A DNA stretch of 64,000 bases from NCBI GenBank assembly GCA_039815185.1, contig JBCBZT010000014.1, positions 32,001-96,000 of the forward strand. Direction: 5' to 3'. The DNA is from Cyanobacteria bacterium P01_A01_bin.123 (GTDB lineage Bacteria > Cyanobacteriota > Cyanobacteriia > Phormidesmidales > Phormidesmidaceae). The notes under the pieces were generated by a model. The model had not been told where the DNA came from, made no database searches, and saw nothing but the letters and a program-made list of their open reading frames with translations. Below are positions 1-10,004 of this stretch, piece by piece. Position 1 is the first letter of the stretch. Every line of letters begins with the position of its first letter. The position numbers and the translations under genes were made by a program.

Positions 1-555
1 CTAAAGCTTAGCGATGGGTTAGCTAATTTGGTTGAAGAAGCCCTGGATGTTGTGGTGCGAATTTGCAATCTTGAGCATACCAGTCCTGAGTTGATGGTGC
101 GGCAGTTAGCAACGTTTGATCGCTTGGTTTGTGGGAGTCCGGCTTATTTTGAACGACATGGAAAACCGAGTCATCCTGATGAACTAGCCGAGCATAACTG
201 TTTGTTATTTGCCTATGATCAAGGGGATAAGCGGTGGCGGTTCCGGCAGGGGGCGGCAGTGTATGAGGTGCGTGTGCAGGGGCCTTTAGTGGTGAATAAT
301 TCGGAAGTGCTCCGTCAGGTTTGTTTGGATGGGGGTGGGTTAATCTTTATGCCGACTTGGTTAATCGGTGAAGATATTAGAGCGGGACGATTGCAGGCTG
401 TTTTGACGGATTATCAGATGCAGCTTTCCTCTGATCTGGAGATGGGAATTTATGCGCTCTATTTGCCGAATCGGAGGCATTCGCTGCGGGTGAAGGTGTT
501 TATTGATTTCTTGGTTGAGCGGTTTAGAGACTTTGCTGGTTTGGAGGGTGTTTGA
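1..555 (+). CDS. LysR-family regulator, CrgA-like substrate-binding domain (5'-truncated by window edge)
   Basis: Frame is open from base 1 (LKLSDGLANLVEEALDVVVRI). Motifs RLVCGSPAYFERHGKP, LAEHNCL and IYALYLPNRR...VKVFIDFL are typical of PBP2 CrgA-like LTTRs. Confidence 0.88.
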   Translation, partial: LKLSDGLANLVEEALDVVVRICNLEHTSPELMVRQLATFDRLVCGSPAYFERHGKPSHPDELAEHNCLLFAYDQGDKRWRFRQGAAVYEVRVQGPLVVNNSEVLRQVCLDGGGLIFMPTWLIGEDIRAGRLQAVLTDYQMQLSSDLEMGIYALYLPNRRHSLRVKVFIDFLVERFRDFAGLEGV

Positions 556-578
556 GTATTGCGCCGTTGAAAGTTTGC

Positions 579-593
579 AGAAACCGGGTTTCT
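579..593. repeat. 15-bp palindrome AGAAACCGGGTTTCT
   Basis: AGAAACC-G-GGTTTCT between convergent genes; a degenerate copy lies at 5438-5452. Confidence 0.6.
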
Positions 594-599
594 TTTTTA

Positions 600-3500
600 C
601 TAATTTAATTCCGAAGCCAAAAATTGGGTTAATACATTATAGTGCTGACGAATATACACATCATTAGGTGCAAGTCTAAGAGAAATTTTAAGCAACTTCA
701 AGGCTTCCTTAAGGCAATCTAAAAAACATGATTGTTGAGATGATTCTGCATGTAAGGTTGCCATCCCTATCAGTGCAACACCTTTATTATTGAGTGCATT
801 AATTGAGTCTGGTGCATATTGAAGCACGTTGTCATAAGCGGTTATCGTTTGCTGATAATTAAACATAGCGTAGTCTTGATAACTAAAATCTGCGTCCCTA
901 GTCAATTGATTAGCTTGTAAATTTGCTAGAGAACCCAGAGCTGCACCCTTATCTATAAGAATATCAATATGATTGGGAGTATACTGAAGTGCTTGATCGC
1001 AAATATTAATTGCCTTTTCATAATACAGAACTGCTTCATCATCTTGTGATTTTTTGGCTAGGAAATCGGCGAAACCCCGAAACACATTACTTTTTACCTT
1101 AAGAACTTTTATATGGCACGGTGTGATTGCTAACACTCTATTACAAATATCTATAGCATCTTGATATGTTTCCTGGGCACTATCATACTTCAATTGCTTG
1201 ATCTGTAGATTCGCAAGACTTTGAAGTGCTGATGCCTCATTACTGAGTGCAGTAACATCGTCTTGAGCAATGGTAAGAATATTTTTGTATATACGAACTG
1301 CTTCCTCATACTTATGATGCGCCTCTTCATAACACAATTTTTCAACCATTAAATCTGCCAGACCTTGCAACGCTAAGCCTTTATTAGAAGGGACTTTAGT
1401 GTTGTCACCCAAGTTGAGAGAAAGTGCCATGTCAAAGGCATTAATAGCCTCTGCATACAATGAAATTGCCTCGTCATGCTGTGAACAAGTAGCTCTTAAG
1501 CGTGCCAAGCCCCTTAGTGTTAGACCTTTATTGCTCAGCGCTTTAAAGTGATTTTCTTCAATACTTAGAATTCTCTTGTAAGTATCAAGTGCTCGCTCAT
1601 AATCAACTTGTGCGCTGGGATATTGAGACAACATAGTGTGTAAATTCGCTACATTGGTTAGTGCCCAGCTGTGATTGTTCAGTGTTGTGATATCGTTTGG
1701 ATTGATATTAAGAGAATGTTCATAAATATCGATCACATCGTTATATGTATCAATGGAATCCTGATATTTTGATAATGTAGTTTGTAGAGAGGCTAGTTTT
1801 TCCAGAACAACAGCTTTATTGTTGAGTACCTTGAAATTCTCCGGAATAAGCTCTAATGCTCGATTGTAATCAGAGATTGCCGCCTTATATTCTGATAATG
1901 CACAGTCATAGTTTGCTTGTATAAAGTAAACATTTGCTGATTCTGATAATGCATTGCCTCTACATAAAAGTGTAGTTGTGTTGTTTGGATCTTTCTTTAA
2001 AGTCTGAGAATAGGCTTCAATTGCCTCAACGTATTTTTGTTGAGAGACGATGTAGGATGCTAAATCTTGAAAATATTGTCCTTCAGCATATGAAATTTGA
2101 CCTAAATCAAAATCTTCTTTGATTACCAAATCTCTTCGGATATCTAACAATGCCCGACATAAATTATATTGACTTAAACCTAGTGCTTCATGAAAGGCGT
2201 TGAGCCATTGGTTGATCCCTTGCTCAGAATCTAACTGGTTAACATGATAGATTGCTTCAAAATCATTTTTTCCTTTGTAGTACTTCGTCAAAAGTCGATG
2301 TGAAGCTTCGATCCTTGGGTTATCATCTAATCGACGCAGCAAATCATGGATTCGATACGAGATCTTGCCAGCTTGTTCTATGTGTTTAATGAATGAAAAA
2401 CCAATCAAGTGCTCAAAGGTAGGTCTATCTGTTGTAAATTCAAGGTTTTCACCTAGTAGCTGATAGATTTGAAAATCAAACTCGCGACAGGCACTTAGAG
2501 CATGAATTGCGTACTTTATGTCTGAGTCAGTATACTTGAGCAATTTGTTGATCAAAAATTCACTCTTCACCTTAAGTTCTGGTGTTTTTTGAAAATCACC
2601 TGATGTCAAACTTATTCCCTTGGCTCTAGCTTCCAAGATTACGTCTGCACAAAGTCCTAGATAAAGTGGGTGAACTTCATCTTCTTTAAGGCTGGCATAG
2701 GTGACTATACTCTCATGGAGGGCATCATCAGAGATATCTACTTTTTGTAAATAGGCCAAAGCATCCGTGGCTGCTAGATTATCAACTGACTTAAGGTAAA
2801 TATAGTCCTCTGGAATTTTAGTGTTGAGTTCATACTCGTCTGCCTCTGCCCACCGAGGGCGATCGCGTCCGGCAACAACCACGATGATGCCTTGAGTCAG
2901 TTCAAGTTTTCTCAATAATCGTCGTAGCCAACTATCTCGAAAAAAGTTGACCGCAAAGTTGCGCTCCCTGCCATAAAACGCTTCGTGCGTGTCAAAAAAT
3001 AGAACCAATCTATCTGGGGCATCAGGCTTTGCCATTGCCACATTTAGATCTTGAGCCAACAAACGCGGCAGCTAGTGAATCAGTTCCTTTTCTGCATCCA
3101 TTGCCTGTAAGCGCTTGGCTTCATCGGGATCAAGTCGCAACCGCTTCTGGTAATTAGTTAGTTGGTTGCCTAGATATTTATCAATCAAACCAAATCCCGC
3201 TAAAGCTAACCCTGGGCCAGGCACTTGTTTGAATAGATTGACAAACTCATTTAGAAAATCAGCCTCTTCAAAGGGAAAAAGACTGTTCGCCTCGGTCAGT
3301 CGATTCGTCTTTTGCAGATAGAGGAAACAGCCATAGGTATGAAGCGGAAACTTAAGCCGATAGGGGGTTTTAGCAACGGATGCAGATAATTCTTCCCGGA
3401 TTCTAATTAGGCCATAGAATGGATCGCGATCGCGCTGCTTCAATCCTGGTGTGGTCTCAAAGTCAAGTAGGGAAGTTGGTACGCTAAAGATGGTATCTTG

Positions 3501-3795
3501 CTGCCCATCTAAGCTTTCAAAGGCAGCAGCAATCTCTGCATCAGGCTTTGCCTTAAGCTGCTTCCATCGTTCGGCTGTCAATCGCTTGCAGATATTCTTC
3601 CGCAAATACTTCAGTAACTAGTGACTTACCATTCCCCCCAGTCCCATGAAAAAACAAAATCTGCTGCCCCGGCGGGTCATCATTAATCCGCTCCGCCAAC
3701 AGTCGTGTAAAGCTATAGCGATCGGTAAACAGCTCCAGGGCGCGATCGCCCTCAGTAATCGTCTGCGGCGATCGGAGATCGTCATCAATGCTCAT
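600..3795 (-). pseudogene. P-loop NTPase (STAND/AAA-like) + TPR protein, disrupted by a +1 frameshift (~3620) and an in-frame amber stop (3072-3074)
   Basis: ORF 3553-3795 carries Walker A GTGGNGKS. Removing 1 nt near 3620 gives GKSLLLKYLRKNICK and joins it to ORF 3072-3605. That ORF is in frame with 600-3062 (ELIH*LPRLLAQD), which has Walker B LVLFFDTHE and many xALNNKGxAL TPR repeats. Confidence 0.85.
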
Positions 3796-3906
3796 AGGGG
3801 CTTAAGTCGGCAAGGCCATCCTATGGTGGCAAATTTTCATCAACATCCGCCAGCAGCATTTGACGCTCAATCCAAGTCTGGGCTTGGTCTGACAAAGGCG
3901 ATCGCC

Positions 3907-4251
3907 TTACCCAAAAACTCGCCCCAGAGGGCAAGAAAAATTAGGGAGTAGCGGAGAAGTCAGTGCATCACTATCTTGTAGCGTCACAGCCAGGTTTAGC
4001 ACCGCGCGATCGCGGCGATAAACCTGAACCTGGCGTAAATCCTTATCGACAATCCAATATTCCTGGACGCCCTGCTGTAAATAAAGCTTGAGCTTAAGTT
4101 GGCGATCGCGTTGAATATTCTGCTCATCCGGAGACAACACCTCAACCACCAGCTCAGGTGCCCCGGTTAAATGCTCAGCCTCATCGAGCAACTGGTTTAA
4201 CCGCTCAGTGCTCGCCCAAACCACATCTGGAATCACATTGTCTTTACCCAA
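3907..4251 (-). pseudogene. Uma2-family endonuclease, C-terminal fragment
   Basis: NVIPDV..APELVVEVLSP..DRQLKLKLY..GVQEYWIVD. The N-terminal third is missing and the upstream gene ends 4 nt away. Confidence 0.8.
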
Positions 4252-4255
4252 ATCT

Positions 4256-5302
4256 TCACTCCAATCCCAGTTGTTGGCGCAACGCTTCCGGTATGTTTTG
4301 AGCCGTTTCTAAACCAATAACACCCTCCCACTTAGCAGGATCCCAATCGACATCTTCCGACTGCCAGCGAATACCATCAAGATTTGCATTGGTCAGATTG
4401 GCGTCGGAAAAGTCACTGGCTTCGAGGTTAGCTCGGCTCAGATCGGCCCCAGTCAGATTGGCACTGGAAAAGTTGGCCGCTTTGGCATAGGCACCGCTTA
4501 GATCAACACCTGTCAAATCAGCCCAAGTGAAATTGCTATTTTGCAAATTTGTCGATTTGAGCGTTGCATTTATCAGGGTGGCTAAACTCAGGTTGGCATC
4601 AGGCAGTCTGGATCTAGACAAATTGGCTCGGCTCAAGTCTGCCCTTTCAAACGAAACTTCCCGCAGGATGTAGTCCGATAGGTCAGCGTCACTCAATACT
4701 GCATCGCTGAAATCTACGTTATCCCAGTCGGTGATGTAAGGCGGCTCACAAAGCAAGTTGTAGTAAAGGTTGACTCCCATATAGCCTGGGGTGCCATAAA
4801 TGTGGAACATCCCTACCCCATCTCCCAAACAATCATCAGCTTCGGCAAAGCCTTCATGACCGCCCGAATAATAGGGAAGGGCATTAAAAATGGGGGCTGG
4901 ATAGCCAAAAATATAGTCAAAAAATTGTGCGCCTACGGTTTCGGGTTGATCACTGCTGGTTTCAAAGGGCAAGCCGTTGGTGCTCACCCCGTTTGGGGAG
5001 GGAATCACATTCACCAATGAGATGGTTTGTACCCGCCCATCTTTGAACGCCATTTGCAGCTGGGCCTGGTCTGAGAGATCGGGCAGCCGCTGGCGTAAGC
5101 CGTCTGCAGAATAATAGCGGTTAACCCAAAGCCCGTCTTGACTGGTGCGTTCGAACAGGGAGTCACCAAAGTGGCGATTGATCACGTCAACGGGTTGATT
5201 GAGCACATAACGTCCGGCCCAGGCCGGTTGGACAGATATACTCAGCCAGCAGGCGAGACACAGCAACAGCGTGAGCGCGATTTGTTTTTGTCTTCTAAAC
5301 AT
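4256..5302 (-). CDS. Secreted pentapeptide-repeat protein
   Basis: Signal peptide ending QPAWA; C-terminal A(D/N)LS/T pentapeptide repeats. Confidence 0.85.
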   Translation of the reverse strand: MFRRQKQIALTLLLCLACWLSISVQPAWAGRYVLNQPVDVINRHFGDSLFERTSQDGLWVNRYYSADGLRQRLPDLSDQAQLQMAFKDGRVQTISLVNVIPSPNGVSTNGLPFETSSDQPETVGAQFFDYIFGYPAPIFNALPYYSGGHEGFAEADDCLGDGVGMFHIYGTPGYMGVNLYYNLLCEPPYITDWDNVDFSDAVLSDADLSDYILREVSFERADLSRANLSRSRLPDANLSLATLINATLKSTNLQNSNFTWADLTGVDLSGAYAKAANFSSANLTGADLSRANLEASDFSDANLTNANLDGIRWQSEDVDWDPAKWEGVIGLETAQNIPEALRQQLGLE

Positions 5303-5437
5303 GGTGATTCACGGGTTAAAAGCTTCAAATGTTCCCTGCGGTGACCAAATACCTCAGCAATGGGCGTGTAAGGCTTTCAACCTAAGCAATGACCGTGAAG
5401 AAGTAGGGAGAAGGGTTGCGTACGAACTGAAAAGGAG

Positions 5438-5452
5438 AGAAACCGGTTTTTT
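5438..5452. repeat. Degenerate copy of the AGAAACCGGGTTTCT palindrome
   Basis: AGAAACCGGTTTTTT, 8 nt before the Uma2 fragment at 5461. Confidence 0.45.
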
Positions 5453-5460
5453 GGGTCTGA

Positions 5461-5733
5461 GTGTCTATTGCAGAAATTCTATCCGAGTCAACCCAAGGGT
5501 ATGACCGGGGTGATAAGTTTGCCCACTATCGCACGATTGAGACGTTTCAGGAGTATCTGCTGATCGCTCAGGACAGCTTCCATGTGGAGCATTATATGAA
5601 ACAAGCTGCAAATCAGTGGTTGTTTACGGAATACAACGCTTTAGAAGCAACTTTTACATTGGACTCAGTGCGGGTGGAAATTGAGTTGGCGGATTTATAT
5701 GAAGCGATTGAGTTTAACCAGATATCGCCGTAG
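5461..5733 (+). pseudogene. Uma2-family endonuclease, C-terminal fragment
   Basis: IAEILSESTQGYDRGDKFAHYRTI..FQEYLLI; lacks the N-terminal half, including the PD motif. Confidence 0.8.
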
Positions 5734-5817
5734 CCACAAAGCTTTGTGCGCTACGGCGAGCCAGATTGCTTGTATGCTAAGCATCCCAGCGATACTCGGT
5801 GCATTAAGCAATCTGGC
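5725..5817. other. Two adjacent strong hairpins (terminator, REP-like element or structured RNA)
   Basis: TCGCCGTAGC-CACAAAG/CTTTGTG-c-GCTACGGCGA (5725-5759), then GCCAGATTGCTT...AAGCAATCTGGC (5760-5817). Confidence 0.6.
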
Positions 5818-5903
5818 CAGCGCTATATAGGCGTATCTTTCTGCGACCTTTATTGGCCCTATCTGTACACTAAGCGATTGATTATTGACAACTTGTTGAG
5901 GAT

Positions 5904-6497
5904 CTAACCCAAGTCTGAAAAAGCCTTATCCACCCGACCATAAAGCTCCACCAAAGTCCCAGAATTATTGATCACCACATCAGCCAAAGCGACCTTTTCC
6001 GTCAGCGACATTTGGCTATCAATCCGGGCCTGGGCTTGGTCTCGCGATAGGCGATCGCGCCCCATCACCCGTTCCAACTGCTGCTGCGGATCGCAAGTCA
6101 CCACCCAAATTTCACTCACCTGACCTTCTAACTTGGCTTCAAACAGCAGCGGAATCGCATGAACCACAGTTTGTTCTGGCGGGAGTTGAGCCATAGCCTG
6201 GGCAAAGCGATCGTGCACAAACGGATGAATCTGCTGTTCTAGCCACTGCTTGTCGGCCGGGATTTGAAACACGATCGCACCCAGTTGCCGTCGATCTAAA
6301 TTGCCGTCGGGCAGCAAAATATCAGGGCCATATCGCTGGGCGATCGCGGCCAAAATCGGCGACCCCAATTCTACCGCCTGCCGCGAATACACATCCGCAT
6401 CCAAAATCGGCAGCTGGTGTCGTTCTGCCAAATACCGAGACACCGTAGTTTTGCCCGTGGCAATGCCCCCGGTTAGTCCGATGATGCGCTGGCCCAT
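5904..6497 (-). CDS. coaE: Dephospho-CoA kinase
   Basis: IIGLTGGIATGKTTV, ILDAD, LDRRQLG, IHP, IPLLFE, RIDSQM motifs. Confidence 0.96.
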   Translation of the reverse strand: MGQRIIGLTGGIATGKTTVSRYLAERHQLPILDADVYSRQAVELGSPILAAIAQRYGPDILLPDGNLDRRQLGAIVFQIPADKQWLEQQIHPFVHDRFAQAMAQLPPEQTVVHAIPLLFEAKLEGQVSEIWVVTCDPQQQLERVMGRDRLSRDQAQARIDSQMSLTEKVALADVVINNSGTLVELYGRVDKAFSDLG

Positions 6498-8131
6498 TGC
6501 ACAAGTGCCTGTGTCAGTCCGTCTAAGGTAAATTCGGTGGCCTCAATGTCTACTCGACCGATTAACTCATGACAGGTTTCTGAAGTTTGGGGGCCAATGG
6601 ACGCGATCGCTACCGATTCCAGCACATCCCGCCAGCGATCGCCCAGGGCTTGTTCAAACAGCACAGATCCATGGCGCACCGTTTTAGAACTGGCAAAGGT
6701 AATCACATCCACTTGGCGAGCTTGGAGGTGTTTTAGGGCTTCAGGCGCGATCGCCGCCGGACACCCCGACTCATAGGCCGCCACTTCTGTCACCGTCGCT
6801 CCCTGACTAGTCAGCTCCTTGACCAACACTTCCCGTCCCCCACTCTCTACCCTAGGAAACAAAAGGCGTTGTCCAGACAATGTCGCTTCGGGCCAGTGTT
6901 CTACCATGGCATCAGCGACAAAATCGGGGGGGATAAAATCTGCCATCAGTCCCCGTTGGTTGAGCACCCGGTTGGTTTTCTTGCCCACCACTGCAATTTT
7001 TAACCCAGCTAACGCACGAGTGTCGTGCCCCAAAGCCAGCAGGCGATCGCAGAAATAGGTCACCGCATTAGCTGAGGTCAATACTAACCAATGAAATTGG
7101 CTCAGGCGCGCGATCGCGTCGTCTAGGGCGTCCCAACTGGATGGCGGCGTAATTTCCAAGGCAGGCATCTCGATGACTGCTGCCCCCTGAGCTTTTAGCA
7201 GATGACTGAACTGACTCGATTGCCCTGCTGCCCGCGTCACCAGCAAAGTTTTAGCCGTGAGTGGCAACCCGTTTGATCCAGCGGTCATCGACCCAGCAGT
7301 AGAAGCATTTATACCAGAAGCATCTATACCAGAAGCATCCATGCCAGAAGCATCCCTTTGAACAGTTACCCTGCCCGTTTGTGATGAAGGTTGGCAATCT
7401 GTCGCAGTTGACTGTTCGGGCTGCAAATAGTCCCGCAAACCCACCACTTCGCCCACCACCATAATGCAGGGGGACAGTTTTTCACCTTTCGTTTTTTGAA
7501 CGATATCGATCAGCGTGCCTTGCCAAACCTGTTGTTGAGGTTGGCTGGCCCAGCGAATAATCGCAATCGGCATACCAGAGCGCATGCCATAGCCCATCAG
7601 GGTTTGGGTAATTGTAGCCAGATGGCGACTGCCCATCAAAATCACTAGCGTTTGGAGCCTTGCCATCGTGGCCCAGTCGATCTGGTTGACATCGTGGGCC
7701 GTCAACACCGTAAAGCTGTGGCTAAGCGCGAGGTCCGTGAGGGGAATATGCGCGAGTAATGGGGCCGCTAGGGCCGAGGATAGCCCCGGCACCACTTCAA
7801 AAGCACATGTTGCTGCCTTCAGTGCCTGAATTTCTGAGGTGGTGCGGCCAAACACAAAGGGATCACCACTTTTGAGCCGCACCACCTGTTTGCCTAAACG
7901 ACATTGTTCCACAAGTAACCGATCAATCTCAGCTTGATCTGGGCTCGGTTTACCCCCGCGTTTGCCCACGTCAAAGTACATGCAGTCCTTTGGCAACCCC
8001 TGCAACACGTCAGGACTAATCAGCGCATCATGCACCAGCACCTCTGCTTGCAGCAGCAGTTGCTGTGCCCGCAAGGTCAGATAGCCAGCTCGGCCTGGCC
8101 CAGCCCCCACCAGATACACCTTACCCGTCAT
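6473..8131 (-). CDS. cobA/hemD: Uroporphyrinogen-III C-methyltransferase / uroporphyrinogen-III synthase fusion (CobA-HemD)
   Basis: GKVYLVGAGPG, VRLKSGDPFVFGR and VVPGLSS, followed by HemD motifs LLVTRA, LVLTSANAV, FASSKTV and SIGPQT. Confidence 0.95.
   Translation of the reverse strand: MTGKVYLVGAGPGRAGYLTLRAQQLLLQAEVLVHDALISPDVLQGLPKDCMYFDVGKRGGKPSPDQAEIDRLLVEQCRLGKQVVRLKSGDPFVFGRTTSEIQALKAATCAFEVVPGLSSALAAPLLAHIPLTDLALSHSFTVLTAHDVNQIDWATMARLQTLVILMGSRHLATITQTLMGYGMRSGMPIAIIRWASQPQQQVWQGTLIDIVQKTKGEKLSPCIMVVGEVVGLRDYLQPEQSTATDCQPSSQTGRVTVQRDASGMDASGIDASGINASTAGSMTAGSNGLPLTAKTLLVTRAAGQSSQFSHLLKAQGAAVIEMPALEITPPSSWDALDDAIARLSQFHWLVLTSANAVTYFCDRLLALGHDTRALAGLKIAVVGKKTNRVLNQRGLMADFIPPDFVADAMVEHWPEATLSGQRLLFPRVESGGREVLVKELTSQGATVTEVAAYESGCPAAIAPEALKHLQARQVDVITFASSKTVRHGSVLFEQALGDRWRDVLESVAIASIGPQTSETCHELIGRVDIEATEFTLDGLTQALVQWASASSD
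7301..7356. repeat. In-frame 15-bp tandem repeat (about 4 units) in the CobA-HemD linker
   Basis: AGAAGCATyyATrCC units encoding DASGM-DASGI-DASGI-NAST. Confidence 0.8.
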
Positions 8132-8239
8132 GCTTCGTCCTTCATGCCACCGTTTCTATCTTGACGGATAGGGGGTGAAGAGACCAAGGGCGATCGCAGA
8201 AAATGGCATAAGCTAGAACCAATTGAGACTCAGCATCTT

Positions 8240-8911
8240 GTGACAACAATTACCCAAATTCAATCCCGTCAGTCACCGAGCGAACTGCCCCGGTGGTACA
8301 TTGCAACCTGGAACGATTACGTCGCCTGTGTTGAAAGTGCTGAGGCTGAGCACTTTCGGATTTTTTTCAATCAAGGACGGTTGTTTGTTGATATGGGCTG
8401 GGAAGGGGTAGATCATGCCCGGTTTCGAGAGTTGCTAGCCATGCTCTTCTTTGCTTGGTTCAGCCGTCTACAGCCGGGGCAAGCTTTTGATTGTTTGGGT
8501 GGCTGTATTTTGGAGAAGCCGCAACAGCGTGCGGCTTCTCCTGATGAGGTTTTGTACGTTGGTTCAGACATGCCACGCTGGCAAATGGGGGAACCTCGAC
8601 GCGTCAATCTGCGTGAATGGCGAGTGCCGGACTTAGTTTGTGAAGTGGGAGATACGACGCTAGCAACGGATTTGGATCAGAAGAAGCAAATCTATGCCGC
8701 GCTGGAAATCCCTGAATATTGGGTGATTGATGTGCGGGCAGCGCGAGTGATGGCGTTTCGATTATCGCCGGAGGGGTTGTACGAGCAGACGACAGAGTCG
8801 GCTGCCTTAGAGGGTTTGAAGATGTCTCTAGTCGAGCAGGCATTGGGACGACTGGCTACGGAGTCCAATGGAACGGTAGCTCAGTGGTTTGCCCAGCAGT
8901 TGGCGAGTTAA
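8240..8911 (+). CDS. Uma2-family endonuclease (full length)
   Basis: ASPD..VPDLVCEVGDTTLATDLDQKKQIYAALEIPEYWVIDV. Confidence 0.88.
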   Translation: MTTITQIQSRQSPSELPRWYIATWNDYVACVESAEAEHFRIFFNQGRLFVDMGWEGVDHARFRELLAMLFFAWFSRLQPGQAFDCLGGCILEKPQQRAASPDEVLYVGSDMPRWQMGEPRRVNLREWRVPDLVCEVGDTTLATDLDQKKQIYAALEIPEYWVIDVRAARVMAFRLSPEGLYEQTTESAALEGLKMSLVEQALGRLATESNGTVAQWFAQQLAS

Positions 8912-8972
8912 GGACTTAAAGACAACGCGATCGCCCCCCTAAACCCCTTATTAGGATCTGAGTTTATCAAGA

Positions 8973-9383
8973 CTAATCAGCTTCAGCCGGTTGGCGATCG
9001 CGCTTTGTCAGTTCATCGATGGTTTTAATTACTAACCGTCGCGCTTCCAAACTCCAACCCCACTTTTGCAACATAACTGCTGTGTAAAACCCAAGGCCCG
9101 TGGCAATGAAGTCTAAGGGTTGGGTAAATGAAATGCCAAAGAGTAGGCCCAACCCACCGATACCCCAAAAGGGTAAGGCCACAGCCTGACGTTGATTTTC
9201 AACCAGCTCAGCAACGAAATTCTTAGGCATGTCTGCCTCAATGTCATCGCGGATGCCCTCTAATTGCTGAAAAGGCACCGCCAGGGCATATTTTTGCCGT
9301 AGTTTCTCAATCTTGCGAGCTTCGGTACTGTATTCGGTCAGTTCGTCTTCCGCCATCAGAATCAAGCGTTGCTTTTGATCCAT
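8973..9383 (-). CDS. Hypothetical membrane protein
   Basis: 136-aa ORF with ATG start and GAGG RBS; two hydrophobic segments. Confidence 0.7.
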   Translation of the reverse strand: MDQKQRLILMAEDELTEYSTEARKIEKLRQKYALAVPFQQLEGIRDDIEADMPKNFVAELVENQRQAVALPFWGIGGLGLLFGISFTQPLDFIATGLGFYTAVMLQKWGWSLEARRLVIKTIDELTKRDRQPAEAD

Positions 9384-9491
9384 TTAAACCTCTTTGGGGC
9401 CAATCCTTTGTAGGAGCCGTTTCCTTTAAGTTAGGCGCAAAGTGACACTGAAGGAAAGCCATCGGGAGGCGATCGCCTGACCCACCACACC

Positions 9492-9929
9492 TTAACCGTT
9501 CAAAAATAATTTGAGTGCCAACACCACCGTCGTCAATAAACCAATAGCCATCAACGCTAAAGAAATTGACAAACTCAGCGATCGCCCCGGCACATACACG
9601 TAATCTTCACGGCGAATCAGCCGCAGCTCGCGACGGTGTTCGAGCATGGCGGCAAACATGGCATAGGTGCCGAGGGCAACAAAACACAACCCTACAATTC
9701 GCGACAGGCCAAAGCGACCAGACGACTCTATTCCCTGGGATTGGTTGACCGCTGCTACGATTTGATCAATGCCAAATCCAAAGCTAATTAAGGCCAGGCA
9801 GGTTCGCATCCAGGCCATTAGGGTGCGTTCGGCAGCGGCCCGGTTGCGGGCTTTGGCGAGTTCGTTATTTAAGTTCGGGCGCACGGTGTAAACCGACTGG
9901 GGGGGTAATTCGGGCGATCGCTTGTTCAT
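9492..9929 (-). CDS. YidH/DUF202 membrane protein
   Basis: ELAKARNRAAAERTLMAWMRTCLALISFGF. Confidence 0.88.
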   Translation of the reverse strand: MNKRSPELPPQSVYTVRPNLNNELAKARNRAAAERTLMAWMRTCLALISFGFGIDQIVAAVNQSQGIESSGRFGLSRIVGLCFVALGTYAMFAAMLEHRRELRLIRREDYVYVPGRSLSLSISLALMAIGLLTTVVLALKLFLNG

Positions 9930-10004
9930 ATTGATTCATTCCCGAGCATCCGCTAAAGATACCTAATTTTGCAGTGAATTGCTGGGTGCCTGATCAAATC
10001 CTGC

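Noticed and set aside
600..2100. TPR or pentapeptide repeats as DGR template/variable repeats
   Set aside because: No reverse transcriptase, and no adenine-specific near-duplicate pair was seen.
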